Shown: positions 63,872 to 64,000 of the stretch, one piece after another
How the letters are laid out: each line of letters begins with the position of its first letter
How positions within the stretch are numbered: the first letter of the stretch is position 1
From: Penicillus capitatus
Lineage: Eukaryota > Plantae > Chlorophyta
Direction of reading: 5' to 3'
NCBI GenBank assembly: GCA_965649825.1
Contig: OZ287704.1
Location: 790,301 to 854,300 of the forward strand
Length of the DNA stretch: 64,000 nt
The notes under the pieces: generated by a model
Seen by the model: the letters and a program-made list of their open reading frames with translations, nothing else
Told to the model about the DNA's origin: nothing
Databases searched by the model: none
Made by a program: the position numbers and the translations under genes

Positions 63872-64000
63872 CGAACGTTAAGGCGCGGGCGAACGCACTG
63901 GTGTCCGTTCTCTCCGTTCGCTGTCGCCGTTTGGGTTGAGCAGCGGAGCAAGCCCACACCTTGTGCGCGTGACGTCGCGTCACCCGAAGGCCCTGAAATC

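Larger units (their letters stand above)
58721..64000. repeat. Inverted segmental duplication, arm B (runs off window end)
   Basis: Reverse complement of 32884-38160; one 3-bp indel in GPAA1. Confidence 0.95.

Overview
Gene-dense eukaryotic nuclear DNA from a green alga (Chlorophyta). This is inferred from cpSRP43, a RETICULATA-like gene, CBP60-like and SnRK2-like genes and pyruvate carboxylase. The genetic code is standard, and most GT-AG introns are very short (about 45-70 nt). Genes in order: ACS-family MFS transporter, cpSRP43, two tandem SnRK2-like kinases, eIF5A, pyruvate carboxylase, a double pseudo-trypsin, a TBL2-like WD40 protein, a DGAT2 with a long membrane N-terminus, and an FAD monooxygenase. 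A degenerate zone follows (about 24-33 kb) with an intron-rich, stop-riddled Mutator-like transposase and a tandem pair of ~0.83-kb modules. Then come a GC-rich block (GPAA1, SEN34, FCF1, truncated RER), three more MFS paralogs, SNX2-like, COPB1, CBP60-like, and a near-identical inverted second copy of the GC-rich block running off the window end. The most striking unexplained signal is in the two tandem modules. Each holds a ~500-nt, U-rich, intron-like segment on the minus strand that folds into the same five-helix structure, with compensatory base changes and strand-specific G-U pairs. The outer helix would collapse each segment to an effective 54-65 nt, which is the normal intron size here. 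All splice models, identities and GC values were read by eye and are approximate.
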